Assembly: GCF_001194135.2 (NCBI RefSeq)
Contig: NC_068986.1
Span: forward strand, 55,201,202-55,250,100
Length of the DNA: 48,899 bases
Direction of reading: 5' to 3'
Origin: Octopus bimaculoides
Taxonomy: Eukaryota
In this document: positions 1 through 14,420 of the stretch, piece after piece
Layout: every line of letters starts with the position of its first letter
Position numbering within the stretch: the stretch's first letter is position 1
The notes under the pieces: model-generated
What the model saw: the letters and a program-made list of their open reading frames with translations, nothing else
Told to the model about the DNA's origin: nothing
Databases searched by the model: none
Position numbers and translations under genes: made by a program

Positions 1-637
1 TATATATATATACATATAGTGGCATTTCGTCCAACTTTACATTCTGAGTTCAAATTCCGCCAAGATCGACTTCGCCTCTCTTCAATTTGGGATCGATAAA
101 ATAACTACCAGTAAGTAATCGACTTTTTCTTTCTTCAGTCGAGATCCAGATTATCCTTGCAGTTTCAGCTGGTTATTCTCTATATTGCTCCAATCTGGCT
201 AGCCCCAAGGAAAAACAAAGCTAAGAGCATTAGATTCATAGGTTCAACCTCTCTAATCTGGCAAGCTTGAGAGCAGACAGATGTTGGGGAGGAGCTGACT
301 TTCTGAACAATGGTTTTGAAAATGGCAAGACAAGGCAAGTAGTATAGCAGTAGTCATCATGTAAAGTAACGGCCGTCAGATACAAATCACCGTCCCAAAT
401 CATCGAAGTTGCCGGATTAATGAATCCCGGATTAGTGACAGTTAAACTCCTTATCTGTATATAAAATTGTTGAACATTCTCGTTTTAGAAAATTGGGGTA
501 ACGTAATATAAAGTTCAGTACTCAATGCATCATAATTCTTACAAGAACAGTTGTGTTTCTATCAGTTTTAGAATATGGCTGAGGATTCTACGTTAGAATT
601 CTTAAGTGAAAGGAACAGAATTAGTCTTGTAAGAATC

Positions 638-700
<63 letters not shown>

Positions 701-1398
701 TTGTGCGTGGTGGGGGGAGCGAGAGAGAGATTCTTATANNNNNNNNNNNNNNNNNNNNNNNNNNNNNNNNNNNNNNNNNNNNNNNNNNNNNNNNNNNNNN
801 NNNNNNNNNNNNNNNNNNNNNNNNNNNNNNNNNNNNNNNNNNNNNNNNNNNNNNNNNNNNNNNNNNNNNNNNNNNNNNNNNNNNNNNNNNNNNNNNNNNN
901 NNNNNNNNNNNNNNNNNNNNNNNNNNNNNNNNNNNNNNNNNNNNNNNNNNNNNNNNNNNNNNNNNNNNNNNNNNNNNNNNNNNNNNNNNNNNNNNNNNNN
1001 NNNNNNNNNNNNNNNNNNNNNNNNNNNNNNNNNNNNNNNNNNNNNNNNNNNNNNNNNNNNNNNNNNNNNNNNNNNNNNNNNNNNNNNNNNNNNNNNNNNN
1101 NNNNNNNNNNNNNNNNNNNNNNNNNNNNNNNNNNNNNNNNNNNNNNNNNNNNNNNNNNNNNNNNNNNNNNNNNNNNNNNNNNNNNNNNNNNNNNNNNNNN
1201 NNNNNNNNNNNNNNNNNNNNNNNNNNNNNNNNNNNNNNNNNNNNNNNNNNNNNNNNNNNNNNNNNNNNNNNNNNNNNNNNNNNNNNGACTTATGCCTTGT
1301 GAGTAAATTTGGCAGACGGAAACTGATTAGAAACCTGAAAGATAGATAGACAGATATTAAATTATATCATATTATATATACATATACACACACACGTT

Positions 1399-1437
<39 letters not shown>

Positions 1438-1553
1438 TTGTTCTTGTGTCTGTCAACCACCGCTTGTCAACCGGTATGGATTTAACCTCCACCCATTCCC
1501 GCGAAATTGCTGCCTTTGTTCCAAACTTTGAAACCAATATTCTTTCCTACTCT

Positions 1554-1755
1554 AAGCACAAGGCCCGAAATTTTGGAGGAGGTGGCCAGTCGATTACATC
1601 GACCCAGTATGCAACTGGTACTTAATTCATCGACTCCGAAAGGTTGAAAAGCAAAGTCGACCTGGGCGGAATTTGAACTCAGAACATAAAGGCAGATGAA
1701 ATACCGTTAAGCATTTCACCTGACGTGCTAATGTTTCTGCCAGCTCACCGCCTTA
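1554..1755 (-). mobile_element. tRNA-derived SINE family 1 (tail B)
   Basis: Head aaggcggtgagctggcagaaac..., box-B-like gagttcaaattcc and central ctttgcttttcaacctttcggagtcgatg; shared with many copies in the window. Confidence 0.85.
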
Positions 1756-2117
1756 CTTTGAAACCAATACTAACTAAGGAGATAGCATGTATGGTACAAG
1801 AAATTCTCAGAAAGTCGTGTTCGCGAAACAGTTTACATTTCCACTATAGGCAAATCCTTTTGCTTGTACTCCACTAATGTCTTTGACAAATGCTTGAATC
1901 TCACTCTTTATCCATTCGCTACCCTTTTTAATATGTGGTATTTTACCTAATTTAGATATAAATATAACACCTGACGGGTGGTTGATAGAATCGATAGAGT
2001 CCTTGACCAAATTACCTTGTCATGTTTGGTTATTACGCTCTCAGTTCAAATTCCTCCCAGCTTTACTTTGTCTTTCATCCTCCAGAAGTCGATAAAATAA
2101 GTAGTAGTGTGGTTGAC

Positions 2118-2457
2118 GGCGGATGGCTCAGTGGTTAGAGCGTCGGAATCACAATCATGAGGTAGTGAGTTCAATTTCGGGACCGGGCTATATATTGAGT
2201 TCTTGAGTAAGACACTTTGTTTTACGCTGCTCCAGTTCACTCAGCTGTAGAAATGAGTTGCAACGTCACTGGTGCCAAGCTGTATCGACCTTTGCCTTTC
2301 CCTTGGATAACATCGGTGGCGTGGAGAAGAGAGGCTGATATGCATGGGTGATTGCTGGTCTTACATAAATGACATTGCTCGAACTTGTGCCTCGGAGGGG
2401 AACTTTCTAGGTGCAATCCCACGGTCATTCATGATCGAAGCGGGGTCTTTACGCTTT
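2118..2457 (+). mobile_element. tRNA-derived SINE family 3
   Basis: Box A-like tggctcagtggttagagc, box B-like gagttcaatttc, then ttgagtaagacacttt...ccagttcactcagctgtagaaatgagt (CORE/V-SINE-like central block) and a long tail. Confidence 0.75.
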
Positions 2458-5400
2458 ACTGTGGTTGATGTAATTGGTTATATACACTTAAAGGCCTTGC
2501 CCAGAATGGCCTCAGTCTAAAGACAAAAACCACGTTTACCAAATATATTGTTTTCAAATTTTGGCGCAAGACCAGCAATTTCAGGGGAGTAGGAGTNNNN
2601 NNNNNNNNNNNNNNNNNNNNNNNNNNNNNNNNNNNNNNNNNNNNNNNNNNNNNNNNNNNNNNNNNNNNNNNNNNNNNNNNNNNNNNNNNNNNNNNNNNNN
2701 NNNNNNNNNNNNNNNNNNNNNNNNNNNNNNNNNNNNNNNNNNNNNNNNNNNNNNNNNNNNNNNNNNNNNNNNNNNNNNNNNNNNNNNNNNNNNNNNNNNN
2801 NNNNNNNNNNNNNNNNNNNNNNNNNNNNNNNNNNNNNNNNNNNNNNNNNNNNNNNNNNNNNNNNNNNNNNNNNNNNNNNNNNNNNNNNNNNNNNNNNNNN
2901 NNNNNNNNNNNNNNNNNNNNNNNNNNNNNNNNNNNNNNNNNNNNNNNNNNNNNNNNNNNNNNNNNNNNNNNNNNNNNNNNNNNNNNNNNNNNNNNNNNNN
3001 NNNNNNNNNNNNNNNNNNNNNNNNNNNNNNNNNNNNNNNNNNNNNNNNNNNNNNNNNNNNNNNNNNNNNNNNNNNNNNNNNNNNNNNNNNNNNNNNNNNN
3101 NNNNNNNNNNNNNNNNNNNNNNNNNNNNNNNNNNNNNNNNNNNNNNNNNNNNNNNNNNNNNNNNNNNNNNNNNNNNNNNNNNNNNNNNNNNNNNNNNNNN
3201 NNNNNNNNNNNNNNNNNNNNNNNNNNNNNNNNNNNNNNNNNNNNNNNNNNNNNNNNNNNNNNNNNNNNNNNNNNNNNNNNNNNNNNNNNNNNNNNNNNNN
3301 NNNNNNNNNNNNNNNNNNNNNNNNNNNNNNNNNNNNNNNNNNNNNNNNNNNNNNNNNNNNNNNNNNNNNNNNNNNNNNNNNNNNNNNNNNNNNNNNNNNN
3401 NNNNNNNNNNNNNNNNNNNNNNNNNNNNNNNNNNNNNNNNNNNNNNNNNNNNNNNNNNNNNNNNNNNNNNNNNNNNNNNNNNNNNNNNNNNNNNNNNNNN
3501 NNNNNNNNNNNNNNNNNNNNNNNNNNNNNNNNNNNNNNNNNNNNNNNNNNNNNNNNNNNNNNNNNNNNNNNNNNATATGCACAGAGAGAGGGAGATGGAG
3601 AGAGAGAAGAAGGAGAAAAGGGGAGTGAAAAAAAAGAGAAAAAGAGGAAGGAGAGAAGGAGAGGGAGAAAGAGAAAAAGAGGGATGTTAATTGCTATTGT
3701 ATTAAGCATCGTTATGGATAATTTTAAATATGTATTAAAGACCGTGGAATTTACCTCAGCACATTTTAACACGAACACACACACACACACACATACGCAT
3801 GCTCACACATATACGTGTGTGTGTATATGTGTGTGTGTGATAGTTTTATATTTTGTTAAATTATTGAGTACAGTTCTGTAGCTCCCATGTCAACTTTGAC
3901 CGACCAGACATTTGATCAAAGATGTTCCGACCATGACCATTCCATCTTTTACTCAAGCACATGATCTAATAATGTCCTTCTACCACCACCTTCCTTTTTT
4001 CTTTATTTCTTTTTTTGCAAAGTGTTTTATTTCAAGATGATTAGGCTGCTATTTTTAGCGGATGGAATAACCATATAGAGGCTTCTTCTTGGACTTACTG
4101 AGTTTGTTCGCTACAAGTGTTGTAAGCTTTAATTTTCTCAGTCAAATATTTCAACGTTTGCGAAGTTAATAAGAAATATCATTTCAAATTAGTGACTTCA
4201 TTATAAAGATATATTTGTCGTTTTTAGTTTTGCTTTGTGGAGGATTGAGGAGGCGAGTGTTGATGTGTGTATTTGTTTGTGGGTCTAGGGGCTATGTTAG
4301 CATTTACAGACCGTGGACTGACCAAGTCGTTATGGCGATATTTGTTTCGTCTCTCTACGCTTTTAAGTCGGTAAAATAAATTAGCAGACCCGGACACTTG
4401 GGCAGTGCAGAGCAGTTAGAGCTTCGAACTAGATTCCTTGCGAAAATTATTGTTGTTCTTTTCATTCCGAGTTAAAATCTCGCCGAGGCCAACTTTGCTT
4501 TCCATCATTCCGGAGACAATACTATAAAATAGTAATAAAGTACTGGGTCCGCTGCCCCTTTGGTACATATATAAAAACTCAGTTTTTTTTGTTTTGTTTT
4601 TTCTTTTGTTTTTTGGTGGCTGATTAGCAGAGTTGTTAATGTGTAGGCCAAAACTCCTTGAGATGTTTGCACCAACCCTCTGCTTTCGAATTTCAAACCT
4701 TGCCGAGGTCTACTTTTTTTCACTTCATCATTTCAGAGGTCGATAAAAAACAAAGCACCAGTCTTTAACAGGGAGTTGGCAGAGATACCTTGTGGTAATG
4801 GTTCCAGCTCCTTGTGTTCTGAGTTCTTTGGAGTAGTTTAGAGCTAATTCGACGCCCGATTAAACACTAACATCTGAGCCTTACGTGCTTTAAACAGATT
4901 TTCCACTGTTGGAAACATTCGGGCTATGTCTCCGGTTTGAGGGTAACATCTTCCCATTCTCTCAAACCTCGAAGGAATTGTGAGTATTGTCCTTCCTTTC
5001 CTGGCTAAACAGAAAAAAATCTAAATCTGCAATATATTTCAATCACTTTGATCGACTGTTAGCAGAATCTGTGTAATGGATGTTTCCGTCGTCGTCATTT
5101 TCTTTCACAAGAACCGGGGGACCAGCAAAAATCTTGGGTGCTAGTTATTTTCTTAACTACCTTATTAAAAATGAAAAACAAGACACTGAAGATATAAATT
5201 TTCCGAAATGAAAACTATACAGCATTTTGTTTAATCTGTTTATCTAATGAGCGTCGTAGAACAATGAGGTAAGTTCTTGTATGACGGGTACTATGATAGG
5301 GTTTCGATTCTTGCTCGAAGCCATTTTATTTTCGCCACTAATGACTATAAATAACGATTGTTGGTACTACTCCTTTGCAATGTCTTCCCTGTATTCTGAT

Positions 5401-6713
5401 ATTTTTTATACCAACTGAATTCAAACAACAGTTAAAAGAAGATTTTTCTGAGGGGTATAAATAAATTACTTTCAGAGCCTTCCTAAACCTGCTGGTTAAC
5501 TCCACATGTGGCGTGTCCTCTACAAACATACCTCTTTGACATCTATCTGCCTCGTACCATGTGTTTTCTGTTTGCTTTATCACAAACCCTCTGCATTCTG
5601 TTTCAATGTTTGCCCCGGTATCTAGGACGGGTTCCACTGTCATCTTTATTTATGATATTATTTAATTTCTTCTTAGCCCCCTCTGTACATTTTGATCCTA
5701 CCTCTCTGGTCGTAGCCAAAGAACTGCATGCGGTGCATGAAGTCCTGTGCATGTCTCTTTATTTCATAAGACTCGCACAGGGGAAACACATTGTTCATTA
5801 TCCTAAGATGATATTGCCAGGAATGTAGCATAAGCGAACCTAAAGACGAAATCTTTGGCGAAGGGACGGTGCTAAAGTACGCCTCTGCCATCTTCTCGTA
5901 GTGTATGAATATTCATTCTTTCATATCACATACTGTAATATCATTGTGGCTTCTAATCGGTCACAAAAAAACATCTTAGTAACCAGTGAGTAACGTAGAC
6001 CAAAGTTCAGCTTCCGATAATTCGAGATCGCAGTCCAGTTTCACAGCTCAGTTGATGCCAGTTCATTTCAATTAGGTTGCTAATTCTTTCGGGAAAGATA
6101 TTAAAACCACAATTTTCCATTTAATTTATAACCTTTTCAAAAATACAAGACGTTTCTCTTTGCCCAAATGAAATTGATATTTTCGCTAAAAATGGTGAAA
6201 TTGGAGTAATTAGTTAGTAGAATCGATAGAGCGCTAAACAAAATATATCCATCCTGCGTCGATGTAGAATGAAGTTACCTCTATGTAGCCAGAGGTAAGC
6301 TTCGGCGAATCGAGGGGGAGATTTGATTTCAATTCCGAATAAGAAGTCATTTCATTCTTCTTTCTCTTGGGAAAAACACGAACATCGAACGACTCACATT
6401 GTTCTGATATGTCCTCTGATAAATCAACATTCTAATTGATTATCGTAAAAAAAAAAGTTACAAATTTTGCCGCAAATGTTTCAAACGGAAATACGACACA
6501 GATTTGTGGGAGGAGTTAATCATTTGAATTGATCTAAGAGCTGTACTGGTACTTTATTTTATCGAACGCAAAATGAAAATATCCAATGGGAACTTTAGCT
6601 GAGAGCCACAGCTAAATACCATAACGCATTTTGTCCACCACTCTTAACAATTGTGCCAATCCACCGCCGTAGTATATTTAAATAATAAGAGAGTACTATA
6701 AATAATAAATTGG

Positions 6714-6927
6714 TTTCAAATTTTGGTACAAGGTCAGCAATTTCAGGGAAGGGGTTAAGACGATCACATCAGCCGCAGCACTCAACTGGTACTTATTTTA
6801 CCAAGTCTGAAAAGATGAAAAAAAGCAATGTCGATCTCGGTTGAACTTGAACCCCCGATCGTAAAGACAGACGAAATAGCGTTAAACGCTCTACCCGACA
6901 TGCTAACGATTCTGCCAGCTTGCCGTC
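6714..6927 (-). mobile_element. SINE family 1, degenerate
   Basis: Reverse complement of the same head (gctaacgattctgccagct) and central domain. Confidence 0.75.
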
Positions 6928-7365
6928 ATGTTTGAATCATAAATATTATTAGATATAATTAAATGAAGTGGTGTATGGTTATTACAGAATGTGTTACCTT
7001 GATGAAATAATTACTCTGACAATGTATTACTCAGCAACTTAACAAAAGTTTTAGGCTCTTTTTGTACATAATAAAACTTCCGTTTAACTTGACTATTTGC
7101 CTGTCCAATGTATTTTCATAAGTTTCTCATAAACGTCCACGCTCGTTTTCAGACTTTATTTAGCCTTTGTTTCATATGTTTTGAGTAATATAAGCTTTCC
7201 TTTTATAAGTCCCAACTTACTCTGGTAATCGAAAAAAATCGGGACTGTGTATCGTATATGATGCATGGACGCTGGAGAAATATACCTTGTGTATCACAGC
7301 CGATACACAGAACAAGCAAAGCGTTAATTATGGTTTCTGATGGCGAATTATTAGATTCCGGGTTC

Positions 7366-7585
7366 AAGGTGACGAGCTGGCAAAATCGTTAGCACTCCGG
7401 GCAAATTGCTTAGCGGTATTTTGTCCGTCTTTACGCTCTGAGTTCAAATTCCGCCGAGGTCCACTTTGCCTTTTATCCTTTCGGGGTCGATAAATTAAGT
7501 ACCAGTGAAACACAAGGGTCGATGTAAATGACTACTCCCCTCCTCCAAAATTTCAGACCTTGTGCATTTAGTAGAAAAGATTATT
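7366..7585 (+). mobile_element. SINE family 1 (tail B); a more decayed copy follows at about 7598-7810
   Basis: aaggtgacgagctggcaaaatcgttagc...gagttcaaattccgccgaggtc...ttcggggtcgataaattaagtaccag...ccttgtgc. Confidence 0.88.
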
Positions 7586-8269
7586 AGATTCTGGTGAGAG
7601 GGGAAGTTGGCAGTTCTTAGAATATCGGACAAAATGCCCTGCAGTAATTCTTCCAGTTTTTTTAAGTTCAAATCCTGCTGAAGCCATCTTCACCTTTCGT
7701 TATTCCGAGATCGATAAAATAAAACACCTGTGAAGTACTAAGGTCAATTTAATCAATTAATCTCTCCTCGTCAAAATGATTGGCCCTCTGCCTAAATTAG
7801 AAATTATTATTACATTTGGAAACAAATTAAGTACTTGATTATATCGTGATAGTGCAATAACACAATTATTATAAAGAAAATTTACCATCTTTGATGGATG
7901 TGCAGCGTTCACTTGGCACTCCAGAATATAAACACCTGATTAAATATAATTAATGATTAAAAATAATTGAATAATATTTATGGTAAAATATGATTAAATA
8001 TTAATTACGATTTAATAATATAATTAAATAGAATTACGGTTTAATATAATTATACTTAAATATAATTCCGTGATAATTATGGTTAATTATATTTTAAAAT
8101 AATTAGGGTTAAATATAATTAAATAATAATTATAAATTTTCAAAAGTGCTGAAGCATTATAATAATAAATTTGTGTACTAAACGCAAAGAAACATCATCT
8201 GCTTCTGCAATCGTTCAAGAAGACAACTTAATAAGGCAGGTTTAATACCAATGATTTTTTCGATATATA

Positions 8270-9186
<917 letters not shown>

Positions 9187-9389
9187 TATACCAGAATATG
9201 TATATAAAATGTACGTCAAGGGTGAATGGAAATTGATAATTGCTAATTATAAAGAGAAAATACCATTTCACATACCATTTCACAACCATTTCACAAACTA
9301 CAACTGTAAATACCATTATAAATATAAATACCATTTCACAAACTACGACTGTAATTGTATAAATGTAAAGAGGAGGAATTCCACCTACG

Positions 9390-10480
9390 TTTCGTGATTC
9401 GCTACCTCAACAGCTTCTTTACAGGATCCAGTGGCTAAAGACATCATCAGGAGGAACTACGTCTTGTTTCGGCTGCAACTGCTCTACCGTTTTCGACGTG
9501 ACGCTCCCCGCTCCTTTCGGGGGTGTCTTCAGCTCTGGTGTTGAGTGCGTTTCTTTCTTTCTCTTTTTTTCTTTGGCCTTTTGTTCTTTGGTTTCTTCGA
9601 TGCAGCATCGACAAATGACGGGCGAATGACCATCCTGCCAAATTTCACCTTAAATACTTGCCGGTAGGCTCGAGCAGCCAGCATCAGCTAACTGTCACGT
9701 AACACTATATAAACTTCAACGGGCCAATGGAGGGGAAAGACCCGTAAGTTTGGCCTGTGTCCTTTCAAAACCTACCTTCCAACAGCGTCGTGTTAGTTTC
9801 AGTTCCAGCAGCCAGAGCCGACTAGCTGTTTGGTGGTACAAGCCATCGAACCACCGGGGAGGAAGGTGCACAATGAATGAGATTGCTCCCTTGGCCCACC
9901 TGTCAAGCAGCAATGCTGCTTAAGTGCCAGGCAGCCTCACCTAGAGACGCTATTTCCCAGTCGGCATGTTATGACTTTCGAGCCATTTCGGGTCTTCTCG
10001 TTTCAGCCATATATAGAGAAACTGGCTTTGTCGACAAACCTTCTCTTAAATAACGTCGCCAGTTTCGTTTCAATGAAGCCTCTAGCCCCTACTGCCAGGT
10101 GGTAATACTCGACAGTCCACCCCTGTTCCTCACACTCTTCGATTAATCTCCCATACCTCTTCTCTTTCCGTTTCTCGGCATTAACGATGTTCACTTCCCA
10201 TAACACTGTCAGCTCTGTTGTTTTTATGAGTGGAAATATTAAGTCTTTCTAAATCTGCACCCAGCTCCCAGTATCCCTTCCATCTTTCGTCTGTCTCGTA
10301 TACTTTTTTTGAAGGCCTGGTCTTATGTCCTTTTCCCTCCTGAAAGTATATCCTTCCGCGCTTTTCCACTTTTGGGTACTCTCCCCTATTCTATCCCTCT
10401 ATCTTCTCCTTGAGCGCTGCGCTTATCACACCGAGTTTACGACATCTCCAACTTTTCCTTGAAGCAGTGCATGTGCGGTT
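9390..10480 (-). mobile_element. 3' end of a restriction-like-endonuclease non-LTR retrotransposon (HERO/NeSL-like)
   Basis: Translation ...YWELGADL... then ELTVLWEVNIVNAEKRKEKRYGRLIEECEEQGWTVEYYHLAVGARGF matches the RLE C-terminal pattern ELTVPWE...KY..L...GW....VEVG.RG; followed by a GC-richer 3' UTR. Confidence 0.8.
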
Positions 10481-11079
10481 GCCGATTCCTAGACGTGCTT
10501 TTCTGCAGATCGTTTCTCTGACTAAGTTACAGTTCATCATCAAATGTAGCCGGAAGCAGAGCGCTTAGCATTTAGAATGTCTTCAGATGCTGACAGTCCT
10601 CTACCTGTCGGACAATGCAGTTCGCGGATATTTTATCATAGAATTCTATAGAGGATTAATGGTAAGTAAGATCGAAGATGTCTTCGGGAAGCTATGAACC
10701 TCGATGAAAATCAATTGGTCTGTTCCGGAGGACTTTTGGTCTTGAGCCGACGGATAATTTCCAGAAATCACTTGCCTAGTAGTACTATAGGAGATGGGGC
10801 ATTGCTCAACTGGTACTTGTTTTATCGATCACGAAAGGATGAAAGGTAAAATCAACCTCGGTGGAATTTGAACTCATAACATAAAAGTGGACGAAATGCC
10901 GCTAACTATGCTGCAAGCTGGCCGCTTTTCATGTGTAAGATACATAATGAAAGGTGCGAAAAGTGAATACGAAAACAAGAGACTAGTGATAATCGAAATC
11001 GCGTTCCCTTTGTTCTGAGTTGAGTGCAGTTACTGCTATCACAAGCAGTAAGATGAAGAATATAATCCTTTTAAGGAAA

Positions 11080-11356
11080 CGCTCTCTCCCTCCTTCTCTC
11101 TCTCACTCCCTTTCTCCCTCTCTCTCTTTCTCACTCCCTCTCTCCCTCTCTCTTTCATTCACTCTCCCTCTTTCTCGTTCACTCTTTCTTTCGCTCTTTG
11201 TTTCTATCTCTCCATCTTTATCTATCTCTTTATCTTTCTCTCTTCCTTTCTCTATCTTGCTCTTTCTAACTATTTCTATTTTTCTCTCTATATATCTTTC
11301 TCTTTCTGTCTATCCTTACCTTTCTCTCTCTATCTTTCCCTCTATCTCTATCTCAG
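11080..11356. repeat. CT-rich low-complexity tract
   Basis: Degenerate (CT)n/(CTAT)n read directly. Confidence 0.9.
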
Positions 11357-13746
11357 GGCTTCTTATTCCCTTTAATCTTTTTAGATTGTTAGGCACTGGC
11401 CAAGATCTGATTGCATAATTATACTCCTGTAATTTAGTCCCGAAAAAGAAAAGAATCTACCTTTAAGTAGTCAAGTTAAGTTTACAGCCATAAGTCTCAT
11501 AAAGGAAAGGAAAATACTTACCGAACAAGAAAAAAAAAGAACAATACAGGTATAAATAAATAAATAAATAAATAAATCAGCTAAAAACTTTGAATCGAAA
11601 AATAAAAAATTAAGGGAAGTAACTCTTTAAATTTGAAAAGAGTTTATTGCCCTTGATTTATTTACAGGGGAAACAATTGTGCTTCTAAATTTATATTTTA
11701 TGCTGGACAATTTTAATGATTTAAAATACATCATAAATATTTATTATATACATTCCCTAAAGGAATATATGGCAAAACGTTATACGATACGACTTAAAAT
11801 CAAAACACAGAAAGATTCTAGTAAATACTATAGGGTATTTAATCCGATGCAGCGTGAACTTATGGTTAAGAAGTTTGCTTCGCAATCAAACACCTCTGCG
11901 AGGCATCTTGAACAAGTGTCATGTACCATAGTCTCGGCTCGGTTTAAGCTTTCTAAGTAAAACTGGGTAAGTAGGAACTATGTGGAAGCCTATTGAATGA
12001 ACTATAACTGTAATTTAAAGATCTAGTTTTGTCACATTGAGTAACATTGGAATACTCAGCTTCTTATATATTTATTAAATGAGCAGATTGTTTAGATGTT
12101 CGAACAACTGACTGCTCATCATTGAAACGGACGGAGATCCATTTATATCTCATATCGTTTCCATAAATTTCATTGTTCTTTATTAATGAAAAGACAGCGG
12201 GTATTTTTAGCATGGTTTGTCCTTATGACGAAGCCTCTATGTGTTCGACCTGCTACAAAACAAAGCCTTCTCTTGTATTATATCAACCATTTTAGGAAGG
12301 AATATATTAAATGATGTAATTCTGAGTGCATTGTACCTAGGAACAAAAAAAGAAAGAGATGGTCACATTTGCAATCCCACTAAGTATTTTATGCGACGTG
12401 TTGACAATTCTGCTAGCCTGCCGCCTAAAACAAACAGCTTAAATAATACTTTCTATTGACCAGTTAACTGTCCAATTTTCACAAGAAATGTGTATGTTCC
12501 ATTGAAATAATAATAATTTAATGTGCAGAAAGCTGTGTGTTTAATGTGTGTTTAATGTGTGTTTAATGTGCAGAAAGCTGTGTGTTTTTTTTTCTCAGAT
12601 ATAATGTTGGCATTCATAATCAGTATTGTCCTAACTACATTGTCCTTATTTTCGTATATGTAGACATCCTTCTTAGTCTCACTAATTGAGTAAGTATACA
12701 TCATTGAAGATGAATAATAAGATCAAAATATATCCGTTGCTTTCAGCTGTTAGCTTTCATCCTAATCTACATTGTTCATTCCAATGGTTCTCAGTCGTTT
12801 TTTAGTTCCTGGCGCACCAGAAATCAAACAAAAGCAATTTACACACTTTGCATGGAAAGTTAAAAATTAATGAAAGTTTAGTCTAAGATTTACCCCCAAA
12901 AAAGAAAGTTACTGTTTACCTTCTTTTATTAATCTTATTTAATTATAACAAAATTATGAGTATCATGTTTTTCAAGACTCTCAGTCATTATTATAAATTT
13001 CTAAAGATTATCCATATAGTTTGCATCTCCAATCTGGAACCCCCATATTTTCCAGAATATCGATCTACTGGAAGCTGTGCAGAGACATGCAATGAAACGA
13101 ATAGTCCTTGTATCCTTTCTTGAACGCCTTGCTTCCTTGGGCATCGACATACTAAAGTTTCGATAGTGTTGGATCTTTCCAATAACAACTTTGGCCACCA
13201 TTTTGAATTCAAGATTTCTACCATCAGTAAACATGCTCAAAATTTTTTTAAACAGAAAACTACAATACCCATGATTTTTTTCATTGAGAATTACCAAAAC
13301 AGGAGTAAACTACCGGTATCGGTTGTTAGCTGTCAGGATACTGCATCTTCCAAACATTCCATGTTTTCCGAAATTCACACACACAACTCCGAATGTACCT
13401 ATGCACCTTTTCCTCGTTTTGGTTCTTTTGTAGTTCACCTTTTTATCTTTTTGTGTATAATTCTATGAACTATGTTTGCATTTTTGATTTTCATTACTGT
13501 CTTTCTTTATTTGACTAACAGTTTCTTTCTATCTTTTCGTTTATCCATTACTAACATGTAGTACACTTGAGCAGAGTATATATTATAAGCTCATTATTTA
13601 CATTTCCAGACGACGAAGGCACACTCTAAATTTAACAACATGAAAATTTTGAAAACGAGATCAATGTAAAAACGCATCAATTATGAAGATATTTTGTTGG
13701 TGGTTCAATAATATATAGATCCGGATGATCACTTATAGTCGGTATA

Positions 13747-14062
13747 TTTTCTTTTACTTTTACAGTACACAGATATGGTAAGTTTTATATAGATAACCCC
13801 ACTCTGGGGTTAAATTAGGATTATGAAAAATGCAGCGTACGGTACGTTTTCGTAGAATAAATAGCATTCTCGATGCTTGGAAGTTGGACAAATTGCAATT
13901 TTAGAAATCCTAGCGAAGCATCTTTCAAGAGTTACTGGTCAATATTGTTCAAAAATTTCAATCAACTAATCTTGAGTTATTTCCCTTGACTGTAGTTATT
14001 TAACTTTTAAATAATCCTAGAGAGTTTTTTTTTTATCTTACTAATTGCCTAAATAATCTCAG
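13747..14062 (+). repeat. About 315-bp segment duplicated at 17527-17844
   Basis: Colinear similarity from cttttacagtac..ag.t..ggtaagtttt.tatagataacccc to tact.gttgcct.aataa. Confidence 0.9.
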
Positions 14063-14109
14063 TTGATCAAATTTTTATTATTATTTTCAGCTCAGTATAT
14101 TGCATAGGG

Positions 14110-14420
14110 GAAACCCTATCATATTTCAAATAATACTGGATTACTAGTATTCCTGTGCATTCTGCTCTGTGCCATAGGAAGTGCTCTGATGAACTTTATC
14201 TCTGTGTTCCAGACCACTTTATGCCATGTCGTCTGACTCGAAATCCTTCATCTAAATGCTGTGGCGCTTCCACGAATAAGGAAGTCTTTCTCCGGTCGTA
14301 GCTTTTTTCCTTGAACTCCCAGACTTTAGAACTCTCCTCTATCTCATCATTTTCCTCCTTCTTATGACTTGAACTCTTTCAAGTCGAAAGTAAATTCATT
14401 TGTTTCGCTTTAATTTCTCC
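14110..14420 (+). mobile_element. 3' end of ORF2 of a CR1/L2-group LINE
   Basis: Frameshifted reading ends ...FPPSYDLNSFKSKVNSF, typical of the C-terminus of Crack/Daphne/Nimb-type ORF2. Confidence 0.65.

Noticed and set aside
7950-8140. Extremely AT-rich tract with taattaaatataat-like repeats
   Set aside because: Low-complexity DNA; no evidence for an origin or matrix-attachment function from sequence alone.
9440-9540. Hammerhead-like motifs (CTGAAGA...GAAA, CTGATGA) on the minus strand of the RLE element's 3' UTR
   Set aside because: I could not build stem II closing correctly onto GAAA, nor stems I and III; an Infernal search would be needed.
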